DNA of 44,978 nucleotides from a virus (Duplodnaviria > Caudoviricetes), in the IMG/VR virus record IMGVR_UViG_3300002092_000072, positions 1-44,978 of that record; one strand, given 5' to 3'. The notes below the pieces were generated by a model. That model ran no database searches. It was given only the letters and a program-made list of their open reading frames with translations, and was not told the DNA's origin. The position numbers and the translations under genes were made by a program. Positions 8,638 through 16,350 of the stretch are shown one piece after another. The first letter of the stretch is position 1. Each line of letters begins with the position of its first letter.

Positions 8638-9177
8638 TTATTTCCACGCTGGGCGCATACGCGCCATCTGATCTACACGCCTTTTATCTAGAGACAGTGG
8701 TGATGTACTACGCATGTTAGCCTTACCGTCATTAGGCAGATGGGGAGCGGGTGCAGCCATAGCGTTCTCTACATTTCGCTTTACTTGAATAGTGTTACCT
8801 ACTCTTTTTCCCTTCATCTGACGCGCAAGACCGCGCATAGGATCAAGACCTTCTGGATAATAATAATCTTGAACATCAATACGCTCACCGCGGTGAACAC
8901 CACGTTGGTAGGTACGTTGGCCTACTCTTACTTTAAGCGCATTAAGGACTGTATCTGAGGTACTAGATGGGCGGCCTTTATCATCTCTGCGTGAACGAAT
9001 TGTTCCAAGATAACCGTCAGGATATTCTGCTTGTGGTGCGCGACCTACACCAAGACGAAGGAAGTCCAACTCACTACGCGCAACAGGAACACCTCCACCG
9101 CCATAGACGGTGTTAGTTCCATACATACCATTAGCGCCAAGGTTCTGGACGTTTTGATGTGGTGCTGGATTTGCCAT
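8638..9177 (-). CDS. hypothetical Arg/Gly-rich protein, leaderless
   Basis: TATCCT 6 nt before ATG; basic composition. Confidence 0.8.
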   Translation of the reverse strand: MANPAPHQNVQNLGANGMYGTNTVYGGGGVPVARSELDFLRLGVGRAPQAEYPDGYLGTIRSRRDDKGRPSSTSDTVLNALKVRVGQRTYQRGVHRGERIDVQDYYYPEGLDPMRGLARQMKGKRVGNTIQVKRNVENAMAAPAPHLPNDGKANMRSTSPLSLDKRRVDQMARMRPAWK

Positions 9178-9192
9178 ACCACAAGGATACGC

Positions 9193-10203
9193 CTAAGCGG
9201 TGAACTCTTGTCCCTCAAATATAGCCCAACCATCCATAATATGAATAGGTTGTAAAGTGAAGCTTTCGTCCTCGCGAATCCAGCCAATCATAATTCCTTG
9301 TTGCCAATCTTCCCAGTGTTTAACTGGTTTTCCTTGGTCATTTACCCCGCCACCATAAGAAGGAACAGCACCGTCTACGCGGCATAGACAGCCAGGGCTA
9401 GCAGACACACTTCGGATAGGGCCGTCTTGGTTTGCTACCGTCTTGTATTGAACCTCTTGTCTGTGCGCGTGTCCAAATACTGTGGATATGTGTGGATTTT
9501 TATTTACATATGAGCTCGCAGTTGAACCACCAGAACGTACCGATGTTCCATGTATAGCTTTAAGGTTCTTGGTTAGCCAGTACTCGCCAGCTGGGTATGC
9601 TCCTACGTAATCTACATTTAAATCTTCTAAGCGCAACAGGTGTGGCAAAGACATTACAGGCCAGTCCTCAGGAGCGGCGTTTGCGCGCTTAACTCCTTTA
9701 GAAGCCATGGCGTTTGCTACCACATAACGTTGCATTCTGCAGTCATGGTTACCTTCCAACAAAACAATTTTAGCATCGGGACACGTTGCTCTTTGTTTTG
9801 CAAGAAGGTTATGACCATAATTCAACGCAGGTTGAACAGTGTGGGCAAACATCTCTTCTTGAGCATACTTACCCATAGTTGGAAGGTCTAGGTAATCCCC
9901 TAAATGAACAATCTCATCAACGCCATACTTCTCTTGCATATAAGCAAGAATCTTAAAGTGAACTTCTATTGCCGCTTCATCGTGAAAAGGATCAAGGGTT
10001 CCGTCTTCATACTTACGGTATCCAATTTGAGGATCAGGAACAAAAACAACTAAACGCATTCCGTGTTTGCTTGCCTGCTTGCTTGTATCGTATGTTGCAG
10101 GATTAATAATTGTCGGGTCTGCTGGTTGTATAGGTGCCCAAGACCAGCCCTCTGGTGCTTTATTTAATGCATTATTTAATACGTCAATGATGTCTAAAGA
10201 CAT
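9193..10203 (-). CDS. calcineurin-like metallophosphoesterase
   Basis: DPQ, GDYLD, GNHD, HG and GHAH motifs. Confidence 0.92.
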   Translation of the reverse strand: MSLDIIDVLNNALNKAPEGWSWAPIQPADPTIINPATYDTSKQASKHGMRLVVFVPDPQIGYRKYEDGTLDPFHDEAAIEVHFKILAYMQEKYGVDEIVHLGDYLDLPTMGKYAQEEMFAHTVQPALNYGHNLLAKQRATCPDAKIVLLEGNHDCRMQRYVVANAMASKGVKRANAAPEDWPVMSLPHLLRLEDLNVDYVGAYPAGEYWLTKNLKAIHGTSVRSGGSTASSYVNKNPHISTVFGHAHRQEVQYKTVANQDGPIRSVSASPGCLCRVDGAVPSYGGGVNDQGKPVKHWEDWQQGIMIGWIREDESFTLQPIHIMDGWAIFEGQEFTA

Positions 10204-10448
10204 GTGCAGTAGCCCCTTAAATGTGAGCGAAAAGCTGTTATTTTAAATGGAAGTCCGATTTGATAATTTAAATCTTTATATAGTTGTGCAATTTTTATCT
10301 GGTTACTATTAGTTTTAATCTCTACAAAAGCGTCTTGTTCTTTTTTATCAAGCTGTTTAATCCAGTCTTCAACTATGCACCCTTTATTAGCGTGAGCTTG
10401 AAGGTGTTTATTTAATACATCCAGCATGATTCTCCTCGTCTTCATCAC
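10194..10448 (-). CDS. small helical protein coupled to the phosphoesterase
   Basis: Overlaps the phosphoesterase start; ends HLRGYCTC; TGcTAGGAT upstream. Confidence 0.65.
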   Translation of the reverse strand: MMKTRRIMLDVLNKHLQAHANKGCIVEDWIKQLDKKEQDAFVEIKTNSNQIKIAQLYKDLNYQIGLPFKITAFRSHLRGYCTCL

Positions 10449-10478
10449 GATGAGAAAATCCTAGCACATAAATAAGAA

Positions 10479-10502
10479 AGCCCCCGCGTAATTGCGGGGG
10501 CT
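10479..10502 (-). terminator. intrinsic terminator
   Basis: AGCCCCCGC/GCGGGGGCT stem followed by a U-rich run on the minus strand. Confidence 0.85.
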
Positions 10503-10520
10503 AGGGGCTATGTCGCCCTC

Positions 10521-10847
10521 TTAGTTGTGGTCAGACATTCCTGCTGAGAAGCTAGGTGCCTGAGCCTTCATAGCTGCTGGAAGGATACGTCCATTAGCCT
10601 GAGTAGCACCTGCTTCAGGTGACTCTGACTTCTGGAACTTAACGCGCACTCCATAACGAGCACCGCTTGTAGCCTTTACATTTGAACGTGATGGCTTAGC
10701 CATCTTAGTTGGATCTCCAGCTGCAGTGTTCTTCTTCTTAACTAGCGTACCCTTTTCAGGCATAGCAGCAGAGTGTGCTACTGGCTTTCCTGGGGCTGTA
10801 GAAGTAGGCGCAAGTGGCGCTGGGTTCTTTTTTGAGCTTGTCTTCAT
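10521..10847 (-). CDS. basic Ala/Lys/Pro-rich low-complexity protein
   Basis: AAAGGA RBS, TACAGT upstream, terminator downstream. Confidence 0.75.
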   Translation of the reverse strand: MKTSSKKNPAPLAPTSTAPGKPVAHSAAMPEKGTLVKKKNTAAGDPTKMAKPSRSNVKATSGARYGVRVKFQKSESPEAGATQANGRILPAAMKAQAPSFSAGMSDHN

Positions 10848-10907
10848 GTTTATCCTTTGGCCTAAGGGTTTAAATAACTGTACGGTATTTAAATAATAAA
10901 TACAGGA

Positions 10908-11192
10908 CTAAATGGTGATGACCGTAAGAACCATAGCTGAGATGTCTCCATCGTGGCTCTTAATGGTTGTGAAGCCTGGAACGTATGCAATATCAATACC
11001 TCTAGGCGCGGTGTAACCACGAGCTATCGCTAAGGCTTTTGTGGCTTGATTTACTGCCCCTGCGCCTACGGCACGTACCTTACAGGTACGAGTTTCATAG
11101 ATAGCGTGGGCAATGGCTGAAGCTACAGCCTGTGGGTTAGACCCAGCAGATACGCGTAGTACGTTTTCTTCTTCTTGGACGTGCTCTGTCAT
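10908..11192 (-). CDS. spoVS: SpoVS-family (Alba-like fold) protein
   Basis: LRVSAGSNPQAVASAIA...AVGAGAVNQATKALAIARGY...PGF matches the SpoVS signature. Confidence 0.92.
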   Translation of the reverse strand: MTEHVQEEENVLRVSAGSNPQAVASAIAHAIYETRTCKVRAVGAGAVNQATKALAIARGYTAPRGIDIAYVPGFTTIKSHDGDISAMVLTVITI

Positions 11193-11228
11193 GTTTTATA
11201 CCTCGGTTTACGAATTGTTGAGCCCCGT

Positions 11229-11254
11229 GGTATAAATTATGAAGGTATAAATTA
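11229..11254 (-). promoter_or_regulatory. direct repeat TAATTTATACC x2 overlapping a CATAAT -10
   Basis: GGTATAAATTA at 11229-11239 and 11244-11254 on the plus strand. Confidence 0.55.
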
Positions 11255-11479
11255 AGATAATCTGTCTAAAGGGGTTGGGGCTTTGGCATAAGTGCCACAA
11301 ATAGCGCACTCCATATCAATGAAGTACTGAGATATCTCATAGTCTTCAAATGAGGCTTTTATGTTCCAAATGCTGGACTCACAGGTAGGGCACTCGTGGC
11401 ATACCTGGTCCGCATAATCCATAGTGCCTGAGTAATCAGGCTTCAGCTGGCGGATGGGCTTCAAGTCGTAGTCTTTCAA
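11252..11479 (-). CDS. zinc-ribbon protein
   Basis: CPTC...CAIC. Confidence 0.7.
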   Translation of the reverse strand: MKDYDLKPIRQLKPDYSGTMDYADQVCHECPTCESSIWNIKASFEDYEISQYFIDMECAICGTYAKAPTPLDRLS

Positions 11480-11678
11480 GGGAGGATTTCTGTTCTTCCA
11501 TCAAGGCTTCAATCTGGGTAACCTCTTCTGGGGATAAAGTGTCTTTATTGTTTTCGTACAGCTGAACACCTATATTAAAGTTTTGTTCTAGCATAGCTAG
11601 TTGAATTTTGCGGCGTTCTGCAACAAAAGCTGCGGCTTCGCGTATTCTTTCTTCGCGTTTATCCTGTGTGTTACTCAT
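11436..11678 (-). CDS. small coiled-coil protein
   Basis: Helical heptad pattern; ATGA coupling. Confidence 0.7.
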   Translation of the reverse strand: MSNTQDKREERIREAAAFVAERRKIQLAMLEQNFNIGVQLYENNKDTLSPEEVTQIEALMEEQKSSLERLRLEAHPPAEA

Positions 11679-11821
11679 TTATTTAATGGCGCAATCTTTA
11701 TATAGCCAGTCTTCTTTTTATTCATAGATCCTGGTTTTCTAAATCCAGACCCTTTTGGCATGCCCGCAATACGAGCCTCTAAAGCAGCTTTAATCTTCAT
11801 TTGATTCTTATGTGCTCCCAT
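11675..11821 (-). CDS. 48-aa basic protein (MGAHKNQMKIKAALEARI...), not in ORF track
   Basis: TAATG and ATGA overlaps at both ends; GGAGG RBS. Confidence 0.7.
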   Translation of the reverse strand: MGAHKNQMKIKAALEARIAGMPKGSGFRKPGSMNKKKTGYIKIAPLNK

Positions 11822-11988
11822 TATTTCCCTCCCCAGCCGCCACCTTTAAAGTGGGATGGTGTTGCCGATATAATTTTAATCATACTGTTTCCGCAGCTTT
11901 CACACTCTACTCGGTGATCCTCATTAAATGTAAAGTAACGTTCTATTTGTATATCACAGGCGATACATGCAAACTCATATGTTGGCAC
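11821..11988 (-). CDS. FmdB-family zinc-ribbon protein (55 aa), not in ORF track
   Basis: MPTYEFACIAC...CESCG...FKGGGW signature; GTG start overlaps the RuvC stop. Confidence 0.85.
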   Translation of the reverse strand: MPTYEFACIACDIQIERYFTFNEDHRVECESCGNSMIKIISATPSHFKGGGWGGK

Positions 11989-12527
11989 TATTGCTCCCTA
12001 AACTTAGTGTCCTGAAGTTTATCATAAACGTCTTTCTCATAAGCTGTGTCATGCGAGCCAGACACAAGTTTAGCTAAAGAATAAGAATCAGCCGCGTTGT
12101 CATCAGTAAACTCAGCTCCCCATTTTTTATATACATGCAGAAGCATCTGGCTTTTAGAGATGCCGTTACCCTTACCTGTTACATACTTTTTTAGATTAGT
12201 GGGTGGAACTATAAGGGGGTAGATACCAAAGCTGTGAAGGGTTAGCTTTACCATCCCACCTAACTCACCCAGCATGTTAGCCATCTGTGAGCCAAAAGCG
12301 TATCCTTCCATGGCTACATCTTCTATCTTGTCAAACTTATGTAACCAGTTCATTACGTGAGCTTGTATATCAGCAAGCCTATCTATACCGCGTTTATCAG
12401 ACTTGTAGACCTCGCAGTAATAGTTGCCGTTCTGGTAAGCAGTTATAGCAAATCCACTATATGACTGGTCAATGCCCAAGTAAACAGGAAGCTCAGGCAT
12501 AACAACGCCACTATAAAAAACCTTCAT
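11988..12527 (-). CDS. RuvC-like Holliday junction resolvase
   Basis: LGIDQS, MEGY, LKKYVTGKG and DNAADS acidic tetrad. Confidence 0.88.
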   Translation of the reverse strand: MKVFYSGVVMPELPVYLGIDQSYSGFAITAYQNGNYYCEVYKSDKRGIDRLADIQAHVMNWLHKFDKIEDVAMEGYAFGSQMANMLGELGGMVKLTLHSFGIYPLIVPPTNLKKYVTGKGNGISKSQMLLHVYKKWGAEFTDDNAADSYSLAKLVSGSHDTAYEKDVYDKLQDTKFREQ

Positions 12528-13006
12528 TAATAGCCGCGAGCCTTTAGAACGGATGTTCGCCTAGTTAACTCTCTAGAGGTTAGCTGGTAGGACCTCTCAA
12601 GGTTGTCTAAGGTCGTTTTAAGTAGCTTGTGATATGCCTGTGCCTGCAGCCTGGCTCTAGATAATGTTTGCATATTAGGGTCAGTTAATACGTGAGCGCG
12701 AAGCATAATAGACTTTTCGGTAGTCTTACCCGTAGTCATGCTGAGCATAGCCGTAGCTTCTGCCATATCGTATTCATTATCAACCTCTAAAACCGCCAGC
12801 TCAGCTGCAGTTACTTGGGTGAGCATAAAGGAGTAATACTGCATATAAACGTTAGCTAAGCGCATGAGCTCTTGGTCATCTACAGAAGTAATGTCATCTG
12901 GTAATGTCGGTAAATCTATATTTAATTGACGACGGATAGGAATACCTTGTTTTTCTAGCGTTTGGATTACCGACTCACTGATACCTGTAGCTTCAATATT
13001 AATCAT
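12527..13006 (-). CDS. helical protein, possible UvsY-like recombination mediator
   Basis: Long coiled coil within the RecA/nuclease cluster; function from context only. Confidence 0.4.
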   Translation of the reverse strand: MINIEATGISESVIQTLEKQGIPIRRQLNIDLPTLPDDITSVDDQELMRLANVYMQYYSFMLTQVTAAELAVLEVDNEYDMAEATAMLSMTTGKTTEKSIMLRAHVLTDPNMQTLSRARLQAQAYHKLLKTTLDNLERSYQLTSRELTRRTSVLKARGY

Positions 13007-13842
13007 TCTAACCCCTTACATTTAGCGCAGCCATCCGCTTTTAGATTGCATGCTGGTGGAGTATTTGCTTTTATAGAATCTACAATCATCTGAGCTGCCT
13101 CAAACAAGTGACTTATACCAAAGTCTGATTTGTGTACTACAAACTCTTTATACTCTTGATTAGGCTTAGCCTCATAGATAAGAACAGCTTCTTGTGGAAT
13201 ATCGTCGTACCCTAGCAACTCCGCAAGTTTCATATAAATCTGAACTTGAGTAACGTGCTTCATGAAAGGGGTGGTTATAGCCTTCCATGTTTTATCAAAG
13301 TCATATCCGTTATCCGCCAACAGCTCTGGGCACTCATAGCGCAAGGTTCCTACGCCAACGGATTTAATCTCAAGCATAAGCGGGTCACCTAAGTTAACTA
13401 GCCAACCATCTGAGTGACCTGAGATGCGCAAAGGCTCATAGAACAAAGGCACTTCACGGTACTCCAATGGCCCGTCATGGCAGTCTGCGCCGCCCCAGAA
13501 GGCCTCTTCACACTCATGGCAGTACCACTTACCGTAAAGGGTACCCATCTCTTGAAACCACTTCTGCCACTTAGCGTGGATGGAGTGCCCCTCTTCAAAT
13601 ATAGACATTAACTTAAGACCAGCTTTACGGGTCTCGTTAGGGGTAGCGCCTAGTAGTTGAAAATAAGACGCACGGTAGCACCAATCATTACCCGCCATTT
13701 CAGAAGGGTGTAGAACATCTGTTCGCCTGCTCTTATCGCGAGGCTTGGATAGAATGTGGCGCTCTACTGAACCAAGCACACGTGTCTCTGCTTTACCCAC
13801 TTCAATAAACCTCTTTAATGTTCCGCTTGGTTTGTATTTCAT
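13003..13842 (-). CDS. Cas4-like PD-(D/E)xK exonuclease
   Basis: HPSE...C, GH.IH, GHSDG...LEIKS, QVQIY, terminal C...CAKC; TGaTAGGTT-N6-ATG favours start 13842. Confidence 0.85.
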   Translation of the reverse strand: MKYKPSGTLKRFIEVGKAETRVLGSVERHILSKPRDKSRRTDVLHPSEMAGNDWCYRASYFQLLGATPNETRKAGLKLMSIFEEGHSIHAKWQKWFQEMGTLYGKWYCHECEEAFWGGADCHDGPLEYREVPLFYEPLRISGHSDGWLVNLGDPLMLEIKSVGVGTLRYECPELLADNGYDFDKTWKAITTPFMKHVTQVQIYMKLAELLGYDDIPQEAVLIYEAKPNQEYKEFVVHKSDFGISHLFEAAQMIVDSIKANTPPACNLKADGCAKCKGLE

Positions 13843-13857
13843 CCCCATAACCTATCA

Positions 13858-14172
13858 CTAAGTTCTTGTATTAATCCACTCTTCCAATGTCAAACCCGCT
13901 TTATTTGCTTTACGTTTTAAGGCGTTACGCTCACGATGACTCATGCCGCCCCAAATTCCGTGAGTATCATCCATCTCATCTGCATAGAGCAAACACTCTT
14001 TGCGTACTGGGCACTCTGGTAAACCATCTCGCCCATAGCATACGGCTTTAGATATTTCTGCAATTGATTTATATTTTTCTTTGTCGCGAGGGGGAAACCA
14101 TAAATCTGTGGTCATTCCCTTGCATTTGGCTTTGTATCGCCAAGGCTCTGGTCCGAGATCTTCGTCGTACAA
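13858..14172 (-). CDS. whiB: WhiB-family Fe-S transcription factor
   Basis: C...WFP...C...CPVRKEC...GIWGG..ER. Confidence 0.93.
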   Translation of the reverse strand: MYDEDLGPEPWRYKAKCKGMTTDLWFPPRDKEKYKSIAEISKAVCYGRDGLPECPVRKECLLYADEMDDTHGIWGGMSHRERNALKRKANKAGLTLEEWINTRT

Positions 14173-14489
14173 GTGTGCTCCTGAAGAGTATGGCGAAGCT
14201 CTAGAAAATCATCTTCAGTTAACATGACGTAGTTTTCATCGTTAAGACTAAAGCCGAGGACGGGAGTCCTATTGTCAAGAATTGCTTCTTTAACAATCTT
14301 TTCCAGAACCGTCGCTTTGACGGTAAAGGAGGCTTTGCCAGTCCACTTATGTTCTATTAAAAGATCAGTAGACCGTACATCGCCTTTCCGACTCCAAAAC
14401 GCGCCGCTTCCAGCACTACGCTGTCCGCTAACTAATCCTGCTAATCGGTCCTCATGCTTTTTTGACTCGCGCTGACCCTTACTCTTCAC
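14112..14489 (-). CDS. Hjc-like PD-(D/E)xK endonuclease/resolvase
   Basis: HE...SGA...KGDV...LIEHK. Confidence 0.75.
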   Translation of the reverse strand: MKSKGQRESKKHEDRLAGLVSGQRSAGSGAFWSRKGDVRSTDLLIEHKWTGKASFTVKATVLEKIVKEAILDNRTPVLGFSLNDENYVMLTEDDFLELRHTLQEHTCTTKISDQSLGDTKPNARE

Positions 14490-15534
14490 TTACGTACTTT
14501 GACCCCGCTTTAATTGAGTCTAGTACATCCCGTTCAAGGGCCTCATGCAAATCAATCTCTTCCCGAATAGAGGCAAGCATAGCATCCTTGCCCATCCACT
14601 GACGTTCGGCATACCGATAGTACGCCCCAGCCCTGGTAATCACTTTGTTTAAAGCACCAATAGAAATTAATTCTTTAGCAAAATCAATGCTTCCAGCATC
14701 TAAATCTCCACCAGTACCAAAGTAAAAATCAACTAAAGCCGTAGCTCCAGGTGGGGCAGACTTATTCTTCATAACTCGGAACTTAATGGTCTGGCCTACC
14801 TTGCGCTTATCTTCACCAGTGCCTGCTTCAATCCATTCATCTCGGCGTACTTCTACTCTAGTGAAGTAGCTGTAGTTTTTACCCTTACCCCCTGGAGTAG
14901 TACGTGGATCTCCATACATAACGCCAATCTTTTCGCGCCACTGATTGATAATAATGCCAATAAATGGGCGTTCATGTTCTGTTAGGGAACGCTTAGAAGC
15001 AAGACCTACTTTACGGAAAAACTTGTTAGTTAAAAGCGCTCCTCGTCCAACGGTTGATTCATCCATGTTTTTCTCATCCTCCGTGCTAGGAACGAGGGCA
15101 GGAAGACTATCAACAATAATACAATCCACGGACTTGCTTTCCGCAATCCTAATGACCGCCTCATATGCTTCCTCCATTAAATTAGTAGAAATTACATAAA
15201 CACGAGAGGTATCTACCCCGCACATCTCTGCATAGCTAGGTACCCATTGCTCAGCAGCTACCCATACAGTTGTAAAGTCTGGGTCTTTTTTCTGGTTAGC
15301 TGCAATTGTCTTTAATGCAATAGCTGTTTTTCCTTGGCTCTCTTCACCAATAATCTCATGCCACTGGTTAGTAGGCCAACCGCCGCCAAGTGCAACGTCT
15401 AAAGACACCGAACCTGTTGTAATACGGCCCATGAAGTCGTCTCTAATTTCAGAGCCAAGAACTATTGTTCCTTCTCCCATTGCTTTGTTAAGGTCTTTTA
15501 ATACTTTAGCTAAATCGCCTGTCATAGTTGCCAT
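14479..15534 (-). CDS. recA: RecA recombinase
   Basis: TGSVSLDVALGGG, GEESQGKT, IVDS, INQWREKIGVMYGDP.TTPGG; TAATG overlap gives start 15534. Confidence 0.95.
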   Translation of the reverse strand: MATMTGDLAKVLKDLNKAMGEGTIVLGSEIRDDFMGRITTGSVSLDVALGGGWPTNQWHEIIGEESQGKTAIALKTIAANQKKDPDFTTVWVAAEQWVPSYAEMCGVDTSRVYVISTNLMEEAYEAVIRIAESKSVDCIIVDSLPALVPSTEDEKNMDESTVGRGALLTNKFFRKVGLASKRSLTEHERPFIGIIINQWREKIGVMYGDPRTTPGGKGKNYSYFTRVEVRRDEWIEAGTGEDKRKVGQTIKFRVMKNKSAPPGATALVDFYFGTGGDLDAGSIDFAKELISIGALNKVITRAGAYYRYAERQWMGKDAMLASIREEIDLHEALERDVLDSIKAGSKYVSEE

Positions 15535-15899
15535 TAAATGTGTCCAATGATTGTTGTTGGGTTCCATCCGCCTGTTTTTATCTGTACTGCTGGTGTTGCT
15601 GGTCCTGAAGCTTGACCGCCCTGTCCCACAACCCCTTTACCTGCTCCACTACCTGACTGTTGAATAGGATATCCACAGTCATAACAACGTTTTCGCGATT
15701 CAGGAGTAGCACCGCCATAGTTTCCACTACCGCACCCAGGACAACGATCTGCTTGAGGAGTTGTCTGTTGACTAGGTGGATACTGTGGCTGTTGCGGCTG
15801 TGCGTATGTCGCAGGCTGTGGTGCCACGTATCTAGGGGCTGGTGCTTGTGGTTGGTTATTTAACTTACGAGCAAACCAATCGGCGTTACTCATCTTCAT
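15534..15899 (-). CDS. Pro/Gln-rich zinc-ribbon protein
   Basis: CPGCGS...CYDCGY. Confidence 0.75.
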   Translation of the reverse strand: MKMSNADWFARKLNNQPQAPAPRYVAPQPATYAQPQQPQYPPSQQTTPQADRCPGCGSGNYGGATPESRKRCYDCGYPIQQSGSGAGKGVVGQGGQASGPATPAVQIKTGGWNPTTIIGHI

Positions 15900-16350
15900 C
15901 TCCTATGTAGAAAGTGTCCATATTAAAAGCATTTTGTTCTATCATATTTAAGTGCGTTCCTATAGAAAAAGCACCAATTAATGTAGAAAAAGCAACTGCT
16001 TTATAGACAGATGTCATGCTGTCTACGTTATTTAAAATAATCTCTTTATCTTCATCCGTTACTCCATCTAACTCTTTAACGTGCATTGCTGTCATCACCT
16101 TAGCGCTTAGATCAGCCATAGTTTCTATAAAAGGAAATATGCTTTGAAGATGTTGAAGGCGTTCTTGACTATCTTCACGCTCTTTTGCTTCGCCTTCTTC
16201 GCTAATAGGATTAAGTCCTAAACTTACAGCTAATTCGTTAGCGTTTGTGTCTGGAACAGTATCGTATAAGTACCACCTATAAACGGTAGTCATAGGAACC
16301 TCAGAGGTTACAATCTCATACTCATCCCTTTTACGCCTGAACCAACTCAT
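15886..16350 (-). CDS. hypothetical protein (154 aa)
   Basis: ATGA-coupled to the polymerase. Confidence 0.75.
   Translation of the reverse strand: MSWFRRKRDEYEIVTSEVPMTTVYRWYLYDTVPDTNANELAVSLGLNPISEEGEAKEREDSQERLQHLQSIFPFIETMADLSAKVMTAMHVKELDGVTDEDKEIILNNVDSMTSVYKAVAFSTLIGAFSIGTHLNMIEQNAFNMDTFYIGDEDE

Noticed and set aside
13003-13848. Cas4-like gene as evidence of a CRISPR system
   Set aside because: No repeat-spacer array or other cas genes; solo Cas4-like nucleases are common in phage recombination modules
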